Shown: positions 1 to 8,188 of the stretch, piece by piece | How the letters are laid out: every line of letters begins with the position of its first letter | Position numbering within the stretch: position 1 is the first letter of the stretch | Source: a virus | Lineage: Duplodnaviria > Heunggongvirae > Uroviricota > Caudoviricetes | Length of the DNA: 47,221 bases | Direction: 5' to 3' (one strand) | IMG/VR virus record: IMGVR_UViG_2660238524_000005 | Notes under the pieces: generated by a model | What the model was told of the DNA's origin: nothing | Database searches by the model: none | Seen by the model: only the letters and a program-made list of their open reading frames with translations | Position numbers and translations under genes: made by a program

Positions 1-249
1 ATGGCGGCAGCACAACCGCTGGTATTTGATGCAGAACTGGACACCGTGCGTGGGCGTCTTGGTAGCGTAAAAGGCGTTAATTACGATACGGCGATGTGGA
101 GTTCGGCAATTAACAGCCGCAACAACGTGACCACTGATGCAGGCGCTGGCTTTGAGCAAACATTGACGGGGCTAACGCTTGGTATCGACAGCCGTTTCTC
201 CCGTGAAGAAAGCAGCACAACTCAGGCGGGTGTGGTCTGGACGTTCTGA
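1..249 (+). CDS. Autotransporter-like outer-membrane beta-barrel protein, C-terminal fragment (5' end outside window)
   Basis: ORF runs from window edge; C-terminus ...QAGVVWTF ends in aromatic residue with alternating hydrophobic pattern typical of autotransporter barrels; host flank outside the prophage. Confidence 0.4.
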   Translation: MAAAQPLVFDAELDTVRGRLGSVKGVNYDTAMWSSAINSRNNVTTDAGAGFEQTLTGLTLGIDSRFSREESSTTQAGVVWTF

Positions 250-258
250 TAACAGAAA

Positions 259-291
259 ATAAACAGGCCGTGATGTGTCGCGGTCTGTTTA
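259..291 (+). terminator. Imperfect hairpin plus T-run downstream of the host ORF stop
   Basis: AAACAGGCCG...CGGTCTGTTTAT directly after stop at 249; one mismatch in stem. Confidence 0.3.
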
Positions 292-310
292 TCGAATTAA
301 ATGCAGATAT

Positions 311-340
311 AAAAAAACCAACCGCAATAGGTTGGTTTTC
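311..340 (-). terminator. Intrinsic terminator downstream of the tRNA fragment (minus strand)
   Basis: Minus-strand reading gives AACCAACC...GGTTGG stem followed by T7. Confidence 0.4.
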
Positions 341-350
341 TTGGGATTTT

Positions 351-396
351 TGGTCGGCACGAGAGGATTTGAACCTCCGACCCCCGACACCCCATG
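351..396 (-). tRNA. Partial tRNA-Pro(GGG) (proL-like): 3'-terminal 46 nt from anticodon loop to CCA; phage attachment-site core, not an intact tRNA
   Basis: Reverse complement reads CATGGGGTGTCGGGGGTCGGAGGTTCAAATCCTCTCGTGCCGACCA, matching the 3' half of enterobacterial tRNA-Pro as I recall it; upstream 30 nt cannot form acceptor or D arm (would need CGGCACG at the 5' end). Confidence 0.65.
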
Positions 397-611
397 TCAC
401 CGCGCCTGAAACGCTGGAGACCGCGCCATTGCTGGGCTGGCAGGGTGTTTCACTGTGTGCGCAAACAGTGCATAATTCGCAAAATTCACGCTATATACAT
501 CAATGAGTTAAGAGAGATTTTTCCCCACTCCTAAATGGTCAGTTTTTGGAGCATTACTATATTAATAGGTTCCGTCTATAGCACTTTTTGATTTGCTTCT
601 AATATGCTTTT

Positions 612-638
612 CTGTGGATAAGATTTAGTTATCCACAG
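612..638. promoter_or_regulatory. Perfect inverted pair of consensus DnaA boxes (TGTGGATAA-N7-TTATCCACA)
   Basis: CTGTGGATAAgatttagTTATCCACAG; both 9-mers equal the DnaA box consensus TTATCCACA; about 200 bp upstream of the ORF at 835. Confidence 0.45.
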
Positions 639-834
639 ACTTATCTCCTAAGTTTCCGAGCAGCTACATGTTTTTTGTTGATTGTTTTATGTTTGGCGTA
701 AAGTCAACAATTACTTCGCTTTTTGACCATTTTAGCCCATTGGAAATTACGATCATCTTCATGTAACCTTCTAAAACTTACTAAGATTGCAGAAGTTAAA
801 GCAACATAGCTCGTAGTTTCTTAAAGGTGATTTA

Positions 835-1602
835 ATGCCACAGCCGGCGCTAAAAGCGAACGAAATCAGCAGTGAATTAATCGATATTCTTGCGGCTCGG
901 AATACGATATCCGAAATGCAATATTTTCGTTATATCAGAGATATAGAAAAGTTGCGCGACAGCGCATCTGAGGACTATCTCAAAGCGTTGGCTAATGGTG
1001 CTTTTGGGCGTAAAGATACTGCAGTTGCATTCTTTGAAGAAGCATTGAAGCATAACAACCTGATCATTGCTCAAAATTATGTAGTTTATCTCAACGATTA
1101 CGGCAGCTTCCGTGAAGTTGAACAAGTGGTAAATCGATTAGTTGAACGTTATAACTCCCCTACGATGCTGTCCCATGCATGGGAAGCTAACTTGTTCTTG
1201 GGGCGTATTGACAAAGCGCTCTACTATGCTGAGAGATTGATAAGTATGGTAGATGAAAAGGAGGCTGAATTGGTTAAGCACCTCGCAGCCACAGCACTGG
1301 CCCAATCCACGACCTTCAAAAGTGCAACTGGAATTACTGATGAAGAACTACAGGATATTGCAAACCGCATAGTGGATATCATGGCTGACCATAAAGTTAG
1401 TCCTGTTGCTATGTCTTTCTGCTCTATCCCTGAAGAGCGTACGTCATCATATGTCATGGCAGTTAATACTGAAGATTCTGATGTTCTCTCTGATATGAAC
1501 TTGGATATAGCATTTTCTCTTGCAGAAAATGAAAGTTTGATTGGAAAACCCTTCAGCGTATGGTTTGAAGGGCGTTTGGAGGAACCTGCGCGTGCCAGTT
1601 AA
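835..1602 (+). CDS. Hypothetical protein, first gene of AT-rich two-gene cargo operon
   Basis: 255-aa ORF, SD AAAGGTGA 5 nt upstream of ATG; protein-like composition; no family recognised. Confidence 0.6.
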   Translation: MPQPALKANEISSELIDILAARNTISEMQYFRYIRDIEKLRDSASEDYLKALANGAFGRKDTAVAFFEEALKHNNLIIAQNYVVYLNDYGSFREVEQVVNRLVERYNSPTMLSHAWEANLFLGRIDKALYYAERLISMVDEKEAELVKHLAATALAQSTTFKSATGITDEELQDIANRIVDIMADHKVSPVAMSFCSIPEERTSSYVMAVNTEDSDVLSDMNLDIAFSLAENESLIGKPFSVWFEGRLEEPARAS

Positions 1603-1975
1603 TAGTTCCGATTTTATCGCTTTCGCAAAAGATTGTGAAAAGCGTAACGACGAAATTGGTTACAGAAACGCTGTCGCACGTGCGTATTATGGTGCTTATC
1701 ACCACGTACTTCCGTGTTTGACCATGGGGCCGAAAGAAAGTCACCAAGGCCTCATTGACTATCTTGTTAACGATGCTTGGAAGGGTAACGAACCTTTTGA
1801 AAAAAGAGACTTAATTGGTTTGGGGTATGCTCTTCAATCGCTTAAGGATCAGAGAATAGTTTGTGATTACAGACTTAACGACACTATTACGCCAACCCAA
1901 TCAAGCACCGCGATTAAGACTGCAGAGAAATTAATCCAGCGTTGCGCTAATATGACCAAGTCTAAAGCGTCCTAA
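1594..1975 (+). CDS. Small hypothetical protein with R-x6-H motif (HEPN-like?), translationally coupled to upstream gene
   Basis: GTG start with SD GGAGG 7 nt upstream, overlapping the stop of the 835-1602 ORF; motif RAYYGAYH; ORF track gives 1541..1975 from an upstream TTG. Confidence 0.5.
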
Positions 1976-1980
1976 TCCCC

Positions 1981-2008
1981 AAAATTGGCCTCATTTGAGG
2001 CCAATTTT
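1981..2008. terminator. Strong bidirectional hairpin terminator closing the two-gene operon
   Basis: AAAATTGGCCTCA tt TGAGGCCAATTTT, perfect 13-bp inverted repeat flanked by A- and T-runs, 6 nt after stop. Confidence 0.55.
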
Positions 2009-2034
2009 ATTATGCATTGTATTTAATTTCACCG

Positions 2035-2400
2035 TGCGGAAGCATTACCCAATCATATGGTTCCGCGTATAAATTTTCGTTGATTTCGCGTCGCTGTGGG
2101 CTATGAGCCCTTGTGGTCTACTCCCTGTTTATCAAACAAAATGCAGCTAGTGCGCGTATTTTGTGGAATGTGGGGGCGCAGCTCCATCGTCAAATTATTA
2201 CACAAGCCTAACGAATCACGGGGCAATGAAAAGTATGGCTAAGATAGGCAGGTGCGGATACCTCTTTACTGCGTTTGTTATTACGCTCGGTATACGGTGA
2301 ACGATATACGGGCAGGCAACGTTATCGCGACTGTTATCAATAATACGTTTCAGTTTGTCCTCGAACTACATCACAACCGGCTTGAAAACTAATTACTGGA
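2035..2400 (-). pseudogene. Degraded remnant of a tyrosine-integrase 3' region (paralogous to the intact int at 3553-4737)
   Basis: Nucleotide blocks align by eye with int 3608-3920 (e.g. GTATAAATTTT..GATTTCGC.TCGCT.TG and CCTCTTTACTGCGTTT); minus-strand translation gives ...KLKRIIDNSRDNVACPYIVHRIP then loses frame; no ORF of 60 aa or more. Confidence 0.55.
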
Positions 2401-2458
2401 TTTTGTGCCTCCATAATCATATGATTTAAAATGTTATTTTATAAAAAAGGAGTTGTAT

Positions 2459-3415
2459 ATGACCAATTTGTATAAGTTTATGGGAGCGGATATAATTGAT
2501 AAATTGATGATGGATGAAACACATATAGGAATAAAATTCTCTCATTTACATGAATATAATGATCCCTATGAGTTTTTCCTTACTATTGATTTTAATCGCG
2601 GTTCTGATGAGTTAGCATTTTACAATGAAATGATTGGCATGGTTACAAAACAACCAGCAACTTGTTTTACGAAAAGCCCTGTGATACCACCTATGTGGGC
2701 ACATTATGCAGGTAATTCTTCTGGTTTTGTAATAGAGATTAATGAGGAGAAGTTTAAAAAGTATTTGGATGAAATCGGCTTCCAGGATCATAGTTCAATA
2801 GCAGATGTTGAATATAAAGATTCTCCAGATACAGGTATTGAAGACATTCTGGCGAGAGCATTTCATATCTGTAAACCTCGTTATATCTACTGGCTACAAT
2901 CCTGTATAATGACAGCCGCATATTTGACAAAACAAACTTGCTGGAGTTATGAGCAGGAACGTCGCGTAATAATTAATGAGAAAGCACTTACTAAACTGAA
3001 TGACAATCTTATGCTCCTTCCGGTACCGATTAATTGTATAACTGGAGTTATAGTTGGGCACAAATCAAATGATTTATTAAAGCAGAAAATTCAATCTTTA
3101 GCTAAAAAGGCTAAATGTAGATATTTCGAAATGGTAATAGGAAAAACAACAACTACACCATTTCTTTTATCTCAAAATCTCAAATCACACCAATTTATTA
3201 ATGGCAATATAATACCTGCATCAAGGCAATGTAAAAAATGTTATGAGCCTTTAAACATGGAAAATAAAGTTTGTGGCTGGTGTGGAATTACTAATCATGA
3301 TGTGAAAATGGCAGAGTACCGTAATTCATTTCGAATGATAGCCAACTATGGTGGGCTGGATAAATATATATCATCCATGAATAAGATTACTGAAGAGTAT
3401 AATAAGGGTAAATAA
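2459..3415 (+). CDS. DUF2971-family protein with C-terminal CxxC...CxxC zinc-ribbon-like motif
   Basis: LYKF...NDPYEF and PPMWAHYAGNSSGFVIEI motifs characteristic of DUF2971 (from memory); CKKCYEP...CGWCG near C-terminus; SD AGGAG 6 nt before ATG 2459; strongly AT-rich. Confidence 0.65.
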   Translation: MTNLYKFMGADIIDKLMMDETHIGIKFSHLHEYNDPYEFFLTIDFNRGSDELAFYNEMIGMVTKQPATCFTKSPVIPPMWAHYAGNSSGFVIEINEEKFKKYLDEIGFQDHSSIADVEYKDSPDTGIEDILARAFHICKPRYIYWLQSCIMTAAYLTKQTCWSYEQERRVIINEKALTKLNDNLMLLPVPINCITGVIVGHKSNDLLKQKIQSLAKKAKCRYFEMVIGKTTTTPFLLSQNLKSHQFINGNIIPASRQCKKCYEPLNMENKVCGWCGITNHDVKMAEYRNSFRMIANYGGLDKYISSMNKITEEYNKGK

Positions 3416-3552
3416 ATTTTATTAATAAATATTGCTTTCTGGACAAGGGAGAAGTTATGGTAAATGGGCATAGAACTGCCTTTTAAATTAAGCTTTACTC
3501 TATGCCTTAGCAACCGTTATTGTCAGTCAAAATAAAGTGGAGAATTTAATAA

Positions 3553-4737
3553 CTAACCGGTTTTAATTTCTCCATGAGGGACAACAATCCAATCTATATG
3601 ATTTTTAGTATAAATTTTAGTAGATTTCGCATCGCTATGTGCCATTCGTCCCTGCGGATCAATCCCTTGTTTATCAAATAGGTGAGCTGCCAAAGCTCTT
3701 ATTTCATGGAATGTAGGTCTTTGTTCCATTGCTAGATGATTGCATAGTCCGAGTTTGTCTCGCACGGAAGAGAATGACCGACTCAAATAATCTGGTGCAA
3801 CTTGAGTTGGGTGCGAAACCTCTTTACTGCGTTTAACATGCCGTTCTGGGATTCTATGAACGACAAAGGGACTGGCCACATTGTCACGGCTATTGTCAAT
3901 TATCCGTTTCAATTCTTCACCAATTGGTATTGCAACATGTGATGCCTCCTTTTTTTGTACTTTTTGCCTATGGATGTATAGTGTACCATATATGCCATTT
4001 TGTGGTTGTTCGAACCAAACACATCCACATAAACCGTCTTTAGGTTCGCGAATTGAGTAACGGATTCGCGATACTTCGAGTCGTGCATGTGTAGTCTGCA
4101 ATGCTAGGTCCATTGCTGTTCTTAACCATGGTGCAGCGGCCTGCCTGATAGCTATAAAATGCTCGAGTGACAGGCGCCGTCTTTTCTTCTCATCAGTCCT
4201 ACGCATTTTTTTTCTGATGGCCGGGTTATCCTGCATTAGTGATTCATCGACCGCATAAGAGAACAACTTTTTAAGAAAGCTGACCTTTCTGTTCTGCACA
4301 TTTGCGGATGCGCTGGCATGATATTTGTTGATGTAGGCATTAACGTGTTCAAGTTCGATATCGCATGCCGGAACATTTACGAAAAACGCTTTTACGCGTA
4401 GAGCGTCATTTTTCCAGTCATCTAAGGTACTCTGGGAAGGTCGTTCGTCTTCGATAATTCTGGCCATTATGTGATCGACATGTTCAGCAAATGGTTTTGC
4501 TTCTCCGGTGACCCCGCCAGATTCTCTAATAAGATTATCCACTGATGGGTATAATTCTGATCGCATCCTCAGGTTGTACTCTCTGGCGATTGCAACGGCT
4601 ATTGCCCGATCCTTACCTATATTTTTCTTTTTTCCGGTAATAAGTGTGAATTTATAAACACCTCGATCTTTATCAAAAACCAGATAATCAGGAAGATGTC
4701 TGTATTCTTTTTTACGTGGCCTTGCCGCCATGGTCAT
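3553..4737 (-). CDS. int: Phage integrase (tyrosine recombinase)
   Basis: 394 aa; C-terminal catalytic region with conserved H-x-x-R and terminal Tyr context (...HEIRALAAHLF...AHSDAKSTKIYTK); adjacent to att core and overlapped by xis. Confidence 0.9.
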   Translation of the reverse strand: MTMAARPRKKEYRHLPDYLVFDKDRGVYKFTLITGKKKNIGKDRAIAVAIAREYNLRMRSELYPSVDNLIRESGGVTGEAKPFAEHVDHIMARIIEDERPSQSTLDDWKNDALRVKAFFVNVPACDIELEHVNAYINKYHASASANVQNRKVSFLKKLFSYAVDESLMQDNPAIRKKMRRTDEKKRRRLSLEHFIAIRQAAAPWLRTAMDLALQTTHARLEVSRIRYSIREPKDGLCGCVWFEQPQNGIYGTLYIHRQKVQKKEASHVAIPIGEELKRIIDNSRDNVASPFVVHRIPERHVKRSKEVSHPTQVAPDYLSRSFSSVRDKLGLCNHLAMEQRPTFHEIRALAAHLFDKQGIDPQGRMAHSDAKSTKIYTKNHIDWIVVPHGEIKTG

Positions 4738-4943
4738 CCCTCATTTATTAACTTGCGAACAGCTTGACTAACCATTGAGTCGACTCCCCATTTTTCTGTT
4801 TCGCAGACAAAAACAGAACCGTCCACGATACGCCCCATGAGCAGACCGTTCTCGACCCAGCGTTTTATCGTTCGGTTGTCAGGAATTGAGCCATTAGAGA
4901 ATTCACGGCGTCCCCATTGGCTCGCTTTCATTAGTTTTGCCAT
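4734..4943 (-). CDS. xis: Excisionase (Xis-like)
   Basis: Small basic protein MAKLMKASQWGRREF...IKRWVENGLL; SD GGAGAAA before ATG at 4943; stop overlaps int start (ATGA). Confidence 0.7.
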   Translation of the reverse strand: MAKLMKASQWGRREFSNGSIPDNRTIKRWVENGLLMGRIVDGSVFVCETEKWGVDSMVSQAVRKLINEG

Positions 4944-5004
4944 GGCTGTTTCTCCACTTAACCCGCTGCACACGGGCAGTAATATCAAATTTCAGTCCTG
5001 ATAA

Positions 5005-5220
5005 TTAATTTTGTTCTCTGGTTGCTACCTGTTTAATTGGCCTGATGCTGTCCAGGAGCAGTCGGCGGCGCGTATTTTCTGCAAAGTGGCGGCGTCCGGT
5101 TTCTTTGTGGTAAAACTCGTTTTCTCCGACGACCCACATCCGCTTTGTCTGGTGCAGTTTTTTTACCTGCGGACCGTTTCGGGTAATAACAATTCCTGTA
5201 TGAGTTTTTATCACGCTCAT
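5005..5220 (-). CDS. Small hypothetical phage protein
   Basis: 71-aa ORF with 4-nt overlap to upstream gene in early-left operon. Confidence 0.45.
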   Translation of the reverse strand: MSVIKTHTGIVITRNGPQVKKLHQTKRMWVVGENEFYHKETGRRHFAENTRRRLLLDSIRPIKQVATREQN

Positions 5221-5579
5221 TTCTTATTCTCCGGTGCTTTCGGCATTACTGCCCAGTGAGTGATATTGACGTTTTCAAGGTCCCCGACCTGAAATGTCCA
5301 CTGCCATTCTCCGGTTTCTTTTTGTCCCCAGGTGTACCAGAGAGAACGCCAGCCAATTAGCCAGCCTTCTCCGTTAGCATCAAATAACAGAACACTTTCA
5401 TTTGCAGGTGGCAGTTCAGCTGACACTGGTATTATTTTGTTTTCCAGTGCCGCACATTTAGCTTCAAGCGCGTCGAATTTACGTACTAGGTACTCAGCAT
5501 TTGTTTCGTTCACTTTCAGATCTCGCGGTACACATTTCCCGCGAAGAAACCCTTCCATTTCGAAAACATTCATGCGCAT
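5217..5579 (-). CDS. DUF551-like phage protein
   Basis: C-terminal motif ...GEGWLIGW...ITHWAVMPKAPE resembles DUF551 (from memory). Confidence 0.5.
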   Translation of the reverse strand: MRMNVFEMEGFLRGKCVPRDLKVNETNAEYLVRKFDALEAKCAALENKIIPVSAELPPANESVLLFDANGEGWLIGWRSLWYTWGQKETGEWQWTFQVGDLENVNITHWAVMPKAPENKK

Positions 5580-6106
5580 TTGCGTAACTCCGATAACTCG
5601 TTAAAGCGTTCCATAAACATCCCGTAGGCATGGCCCGGTGCCAGTGGAATCACGTTGAACATCTCTGTTGCCGGGATACCTTCCAGTACAGGCCAGAAAG
5701 AGCCATCATCAAGCCCGAGATCGCGGCGTTCGGTTGCCAGCATGATGAGATCGGCATATTTCACGGGCGTACTCATAACTGGGGGTAACCCGTATTTCTC
5801 ACGGATTACGGCGTCTATTTTTTCTTCCATTTGTTTATAGTCAGGAAGAAGGCGTTTCAGTGGTGCGGGAATGTCCTGGCAATACGCTTCTGTTGCATCA
5901 TGCATTAACGCTTCAAAAGCAAATTCCTGCGGCACCAACTGGCTGCAAAGAACCGCATGTTGGGCGACGCTGTAGAAGTGCGAAAGATGACCGGCAAAGC
6001 GACAGATATTTGAAAGGGAAACCGCGATATCGTTAATATCGATGTCGTCTTTATTTATCCTGTCATAATAAAAATGCTTCCCGGAAAAAGTTTTAATAAA
6101 TGACAT
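5570..6106 (-). CDS. HD-domain phosphohydrolase (YfdR-like 5'-deoxynucleotidase)
   Basis: H...HD metal-binding motifs (FAGHLSHFYSVAQHAV...LMHDATEA); start at second ATG (MSFIKTF) with SD GGAGAA gives 178 aa. Confidence 0.75.
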   Translation of the reverse strand: MSFIKTFSGKHFYYDRINKDDIDINDIAVSLSNICRFAGHLSHFYSVAQHAVLCSQLVPQEFAFEALMHDATEAYCQDIPAPLKRLLPDYKQMEEKIDAVIREKYGLPPVMSTPVKYADLIMLATERRDLGLDDGSFWPVLEGIPATEMFNVIPLAPGHAYGMFMERFNELSELRKCA

Positions 6107-6233
6107 TTTGTTCTCCACGTATATGCGCTGCACCGCGCTGAATTTTGGTTAAAGAAAACCCTCGCCATCAGGCGATTATTGAGTTAATTACGTTTCCATA
6201 AATGCCCCCGCAGGGGCATTTGCAGTAATGAAA

Positions 6234-7058
6234 TCAGGCGGTGAAAGTACCAATAAAGGTTTCTACTTTGCTGTCTTTGAATTTTTCAACAAGCAGATCA
6301 CGAAATTCGTTAGCCATTTCTTCCTGTACTGCTTCCAGCTGAATAATGCGCAGAACCAGTACAGGGCGATCACCAGTGATAATGCTGAGGCGTAATTTAA
6401 ACGGACGTTCTTTCAGGCCTTCAAACGGAACGCATTTAAACTCAAATGCTACTGGCATAATGTCTTTGGTTTTCGCTTCGACAGACTCCATCAGAGAGCG
6501 TTTGCCGCTGAAGTCATTGTCTTCAAAATCAGCGGTCTGGTTTGCTTCAATCGTGATTTTACGGACCGCCGCAGCCGCTTTTGTTGCCTGAATGGCGTCA
6601 CCATTAGCATCAAAGCCCACAAGGTAGTCGGCCCAGTCTTCAATCCATTCTGCCAGTGACTTCTGGGAGTTACGCTCGCCGTTAACAGACAACAGGGCAG
6701 AGAACGGTGCTGTCTTTTTCAGTTTGAGAGTGGCGGTGTTATCTGCGTGACCTGGTTCATCAATAGTACCCAGGTTAAGCACACTGACGGCTCGCATATT
6801 ATCAGCATCGATAAAGCAGCGGGTGCCTTCATCTGCAAGATCTTTAGAATAACGGGTAAAGTCATCGATGCTGGCAGTGGAAAGCGCACCACGGAAACGG
6901 AAGCGATTTAAATTAAATTTTTCCAGATCATGAATGCGGAAATTCTCAGGCAATGCCACAGCATCGGCACCAATCTTACTGATAATTTCATTAACACCCT
7001 GAGCAGAAATAAGGGCATGGATTTGATTAATTGCGGTTGCGTCTAAGTTCTGAGACAT
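6234..7058 (-). CDS. YfdQ-like (DUF2303) prophage protein
   Basis: 274-aa ORF; length and synteny with HD hydrolase match the CPS-53 yfdP-yfdQ-yfdR arrangement as I recall it. Confidence 0.55.
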   Translation of the reverse strand: MSQNLDATAINQIHALISAQGVNEIISKIGADAVALPENFRIHDLEKFNLNRFRFRGALSTASIDDFTRYSKDLADEGTRCFIDADNMRAVSVLNLGTIDEPGHADNTATLKLKKTAPFSALLSVNGERNSQKSLAEWIEDWADYLVGFDANGDAIQATKAAAAVRKITIEANQTADFEDNDFSGKRSLMESVEAKTKDIMPVAFEFKCVPFEGLKERPFKLRLSIITGDRPVLVLRIIQLEAVQEEMANEFRDLLVEKFKDSKVETFIGTFTA

Positions 7059-7123
7059 AATAAGGCCTCACTATATAAAGATATTCAGTGATGAGATAAA
7101 TAATCAGTTAATTAAGAACGATA

Positions 7124-7486
7124 TTAATGACCTGCTGCGCGGAGTTTTCCGTCAGGTTCACCGGCAAGAGTCAGTAATTGTCCCTGGTCTTCCTGCAGAA
7201 TAGTCAGGCGACCACCGCGATTGACATACATCGGCGTTTCGGTGGTGTCTTCTTCGGAAATTTTCCCGCGGTTAGTCGGGCGAACATATGAGAGTTTGTG
7301 TTTGATTTTCACACGGTTCTCATCAAATGGTTCGATTTCCAGGTTGAGTGAGACCTTACCTTTGGTTTTCGTGTTCATCACACCGGAAGCGACTTCACTG
7401 AGAACTGCGCCGATTTTGGTTTCAAATACGCCGCCGTCCAGCTCCCCGATAAATGCCTGCACATCAGTACTGCGTTCGCTAGCCAT
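7124..7486 (-). CDS. YfdP-like hypothetical prophage protein
   Basis: Start at internal ATG (MASERSTDV...) with SD GAGGAG; the longer track ORF upstream has implausible composition. Confidence 0.5.
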   Translation of the reverse strand: MASERSTDVQAFIGELDGGVFETKIGAVLSEVASGVMNTKTKGKVSLNLEIEPFDENRVKIKHKLSYVRPTNRGKISEEDTTETPMYVNRGGRLTILQEDQGQLLTLAGEPDGKLRAAGH

Positions 7487-8144
7487 TTTGCTGCTCCTCA
7501 TCATATCGACCCTGTAAGGTCGGTTAGTTTCTCCACAAAACAGAGAAGAACACCTGCGGTGGCAGCCGCCCGGATGGATTGGGTTATGAGCCCGTCGTCC
7601 GGTGATGCTCTTCTCTGTTTTGTAAAAAGAGCGGTACCAGCCGGAAGCAAGGGTACAAACTGGTACCGCCAAAGCAGTGGCTGTTGTGGTGGGGTTGTCA
7701 CTCAGGCGTATGGTCAACCTGACAATCCGGTGTCCTCAACGGGGAAAGAGTAACCCCGCCATACTTACCGCCGCGCCATTTCGCGGATTACCACAACGCT
7801 GAGAGCACTTAGCCAGTTACAGCACCACACTTTGTCGCGGCTCCATAAATGCCCTCATCGTTGCACCCTGGTCTCTTCCCAGGCGTCAAACCGAATCGCC
7901 ACGCTGGTTAGGCGTCTTATCAGCATCATCATTGACTTGCACATTCCGGCTACCTGGTTTGTTTGCCCGAGCAAGGAGTGGATTGTCCCCTTTAACGTCC
8001 CCAGACCGCTAACGACGCATGTGCCATACGCCGTGTTACAACCAAATTTTGTTAGTACCTTGTTTGTTTGTCTGGAAAGAAAGATAAAATGAAGTTGCGC
8101 ATTATGCAAGTGTTTTTGTTGCGAGATATGCAATTTAAAGGGTA

Positions 8145-8168
8145 ATGAAAAGCCACCTTTGGGTGGCT
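8145..8168 (-). terminator. Intrinsic terminator downstream of cI (minus strand)
   Basis: GCCACC ttt GGGTGGC hairpin with T-run on the minus strand, about 20 nt after cI stop. Confidence 0.45.
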
Positions 8169-8188
8169 AATTGATGAGGAGGTAAGGG

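Noticed and set aside
351-427. Possible intact tRNA spanning the tRNA-like segment
   Set aside because: Only the 3' 46 nt are tRNA-like; the putative 5' end (GGCGCGG...) cannot pair with the acceptor 3' strand CGTGCCG and no D-arm is present, so this is an att-core fragment.
110-506. Track ORFs 110..400 (-) and 270..506 (+)
   Set aside because: They overlap the tRNA fragment and two terminator hairpins, have no SD and have odd composition; likely spurious.
7501-8133. Track ORFs 7501..7701 (-), 7559..7753 (+), 7832..8092 (+), 7855..8133 (-) in the cI-left interval
   Set aside because: Mutually overlapping, no SD, Cys/His/Leu-rich implausible products; treated as noncoding (see finding), though a small hidden gene cannot be excluded.
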